A program made the translations under genes and the position numbers. Positions 60,996-64,000 of a DNA stretch of 64,000 bases are shown here, in pieces (positions within the stretch are counted from its first letter, which is position 1; each line of letters begins with the position of its first letter). This DNA is from Fistulifera solaris. Taxonomy: Eukaryota. The stretch is from the NCBI GenBank assembly GCA_030295235.1, contig AP026139.1:682001-746000 (forward strand). Direction: 5' to 3'. The notes beneath the pieces are model-generated. The model did not search any database and was not told the origin of the DNA. It saw nothing but the letters and a program-made list of their open reading frames with translations.

Positions 60996-61114
60996 CCGCA
61001 CAGACAGTGTGGTGTCCTCCCCGCTCGATTCGCTGCGCTCTTTACAAAAAGAACCCTTTCGATGACGTTATTGTTGCTAATAATATAGTGTCTGCTTTAC
61101 ATGCTTGTCGAAAA

Positions 61115-63893
61115 ATGCAATCTTTTTTCTTTCTTAACAGAATGCTTTGTTTCATGTTGTTTTGGTTGCCTACGGCGCAGGCAGCCGAAGATACGCACAA
61201 TTCATCGATTATTACCGGTGACCCTCACTTTGAGGAAGCAGAAGAAGAAGAACACATTGAATCTGCCTATGCAGTCCTATTTCCTTCTTTTACGTTAACA
61301 CTCGGTGTTTGTGTTTTCTTACTTCTCTCTCGCTATATACACGCTTTACCATATACGGCCGTCATGTTTATTTTGGGAACGATCATGGGGATCGGCGCTG
61401 AACTCATTGACAACACCAAAGATCACATTAACGAAAGTATTCGATTGTGGATCCCTATCGATTCGGAAGTCCTCTTGCTCGTATTTCTACCTGGACTTAT
61501 CTTTAAAGACTCGTTCGGTTTGAATGTACATCTCTTTCGCATGGCCACGACGCAGTGTCTGATCTTTGCTTTCCCCTTGGTGTTGGCAGGGACGGCATTG
61601 ACGGCTCTCATTGCCAAATATATCTTTCCCTATGACTGGTCCCTGGATTTATGCTTTACGTTTGGAAGTATCTTGGCGGCAACTGATCCAGTAGCAGTGG
61701 CAGCGTGTAAGTATGCCTACAGACCGAGGTGGCGTGTTGAATCGATTGGTTTCTAAACAAAATCATCTTTCGCACAATCGCTTAGTAATGGAACAAGTGG
61801 GAGCCCCTCCTCGACTCAAAATTCATATTTCTGGAGAAGCCTTATTGAATGACGGAGCTGCGATTGTCTTTTTCAGCATCTTTTCGAAACGCTTCTACTA
61901 CTTGTTAAACGTCGAAGGTCTCGGAGAGGACGTTGGTTGGGCCACAGGGATTGCCTTATTCTTTCAAAAGTCTCTCGGAGGTGTAGCTATTGGATTGTTT
62001 TTTGGTCTTGGTTTGCTGTTGTTCCTTCGACTCCTCAATCGTCGATTCAACCGCGAAGAAAATGTCGTCGAGGTCATGGGCACTGCAGCTATCGCCTACA
62101 CCGGATACTATGTCAGCGATTTTGTCTGGGCTACCTCCGGCGTCATTTCGACCATGACGACAGGTTTGGTTGTGAAATTTTTAGGAAGAGCCTTTATCAA
62201 TGATCTCAAGCTGTTGGATGATTTTTGGACATTGATGGAACATATTTTGAATACGGTACTATTCACTTTGGGTGGTGTGGTCTGGGGCGCAGTCATTGCC
62301 CGTGGAGAGCGCGATGGTGTATTCACAGCCAAAGATTGGGGCTACATGCTATTACTCTACGTTCTCTTGCATCTCATGCGCGTATTGCAATTTTTGGCCG
62401 TGTACCCAGTGACCAAACGCATTGGACTGTCTACGAACATGGCAGAAACAGCCTTTCAAGTCTTTGGTGGTCTTCGCGGCGCTGTTGGGATCGCGCTTGC
62501 ACTGGCTCTTGACAATCGAGTCAATGCCGCCGGGGCCGACCCTATCTTTGCCGAACAAACAACAACGTTGTTTGCGATGGTTGGTGGCGTCGCCTTTCTC
62601 ACCTTGGTCATAAATGGGGTGCTAGCTGCCCCATTGATTCGATATCTAGGTCTGACGCAGTCTACGGAGGCTCGTGAAAAGATCATAAATGCGTACGAAA
62701 CCCGTTACAAACTTGCCATGATAGATGAGATGGTGCGATTGCTGACACAGCCACGATTTATTATGGTCAACTTTGCCTTGGTGAAGCATCATGTACCGTT
62801 ATTGCGAGACCTTACGAGACAACAATTGCGAGATGCTGTTGAAAAATATCGAGAAACAACACCTGCGGAAGATTACAAACCGCCGTTTTTGAAGCGGATT
62901 TTACCGTATCTACCTGAGGACGCTGAAGAAAAATTGTATCAGCAAAAGCGAATTCTTGATCAAACAGAAGACGTCTTGGATACAGAAGCATACGCACGCA
63001 AATTGAGACACGACCAGCGAACTAAGTTACGGCGGCGTCGACGTCAGAGTAGCATGCGATTTATGATGTCTGGGGAACCTCTTACCGCTATGGAAATGCG
63101 CTTGTTGTTCATCTCCATCATGAAAGCTGCTTACGATCAACAGGTGAATGACGGAGAGTTGGCCGACCAAGAGTTCCTGACAGTCTCCTTGCATCAGAGT
63201 CTCGATTTTGCCGAAGATGCGGTCAGCAAGGGTCAACCGCTCCAGGATTGGGATTATGTTACTTTCGTAGATGGTCCCGTCCAGTCGGCCTACAAGCACG
63301 CCAAGAAAAGTTCACTGATGAAGAAATTTTTCGAGACTGCGAGCTCGGGCCTGAACCTCAAACACAAAGTAAAGACTTTGGACATAGAGCGATCGTTGGC
63401 ATTCATGGAAGCGCATCGTTGGGCAGCGGATTATTTTCTGAAGGAATTTCAAGGAGTGGATAAAGAACTCGCCGAGGCTGGCAAGTATGTTCTCATGGAA
63501 TCTCAAATTCAATGGAAGAAAGCCGCTGCCGTTCTCGAAAAGTACGATGAGAAAGATGTCACTGATGTTGTTTCACACAAATTCTGTTCGATTGTTTTGA
63601 ACAGCGCTGTAAAGTACATCGAAAAGCTGGTAGAGGTTGGATTGATGAACGAGTCGGAAGCGGAACACCACGTTGAAGAAATCGAACACTATTTGAAAGA
63701 CGTTCACACCTGCCGCAACTTCGATCATCCTGGAGAACTTCCTGTAGCTTCTTACAATGATCAACAAGAGCAGGAAATATCGCAGTTTCATTTGAGAGCA
63801 ACTCCGAAACGATCACAACACAGTACCTCTCACTCTATACCAGAGGAAGAAGAGGAGGCTCATCCTGGAAGCAGTTTCTTTTTGGCATCTTGA
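61115..63893 (+). CDS. CPA1 Na+/H+ exchanger, SOS1/NHX7-8-like, copy 2 (intact); intron 61707-61785
   Basis: Signal-like leader; FLPGLIF; ATDPVAV; GEALLNDG; GGLRGAV; long cytosolic tail. Confidence 0.9.
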
Positions 63894-64000
63894 TGATAAT
63901 GATTACTTGAACAGAGGCTTGTCTCACATATTCAAATGGTCATTAAGGAAAAAGCAACCTTTTAGTTTCTGGGACTGGAGACGACGACAACTCCTCGATG

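Overview
Gene-dense eukaryotic nuclear DNA, most likely from a pennate diatom: ASAF-type bipartite plastid-targeting leaders, FCP/Lhc genes, nuclear petJ, an MGKGG-type FAD2 and short GT-AG introns. It holds about 30 genes, four tandem families (BTB/POZ x4 with progressive decay, Lhc x2, metzincin-like proteases x3, SOS1-like Na+/H+ exchangers x2) and one full-length Ty3/Gypsy retrotransposon (15981-21311) with apparently identical 299-bp LTRs and a GACGG target-site duplication. The most striking object is a reconstructed ~2,200-aa type-I membrane protein (22139-28821) made of six FEA1/ISIP2a-like modules in an (AB)3 pattern with a cytosolic NPxY motif, a candidate multi-lobed iron-capture receptor. 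Other highlights are a three-module glycosyltransferase, a p31comet-like HORMA protein, a 34-bp palindromic minisatellite, a recurrent intergenic TACCWGGTA motif and a possible pseudoknot between the Lhc genes. Many ORFs break at 1-bp homopolymer indels, probably sequencing errors, so pseudogene calls are tentative. All calls come from reading motifs by eye; no database search was run.
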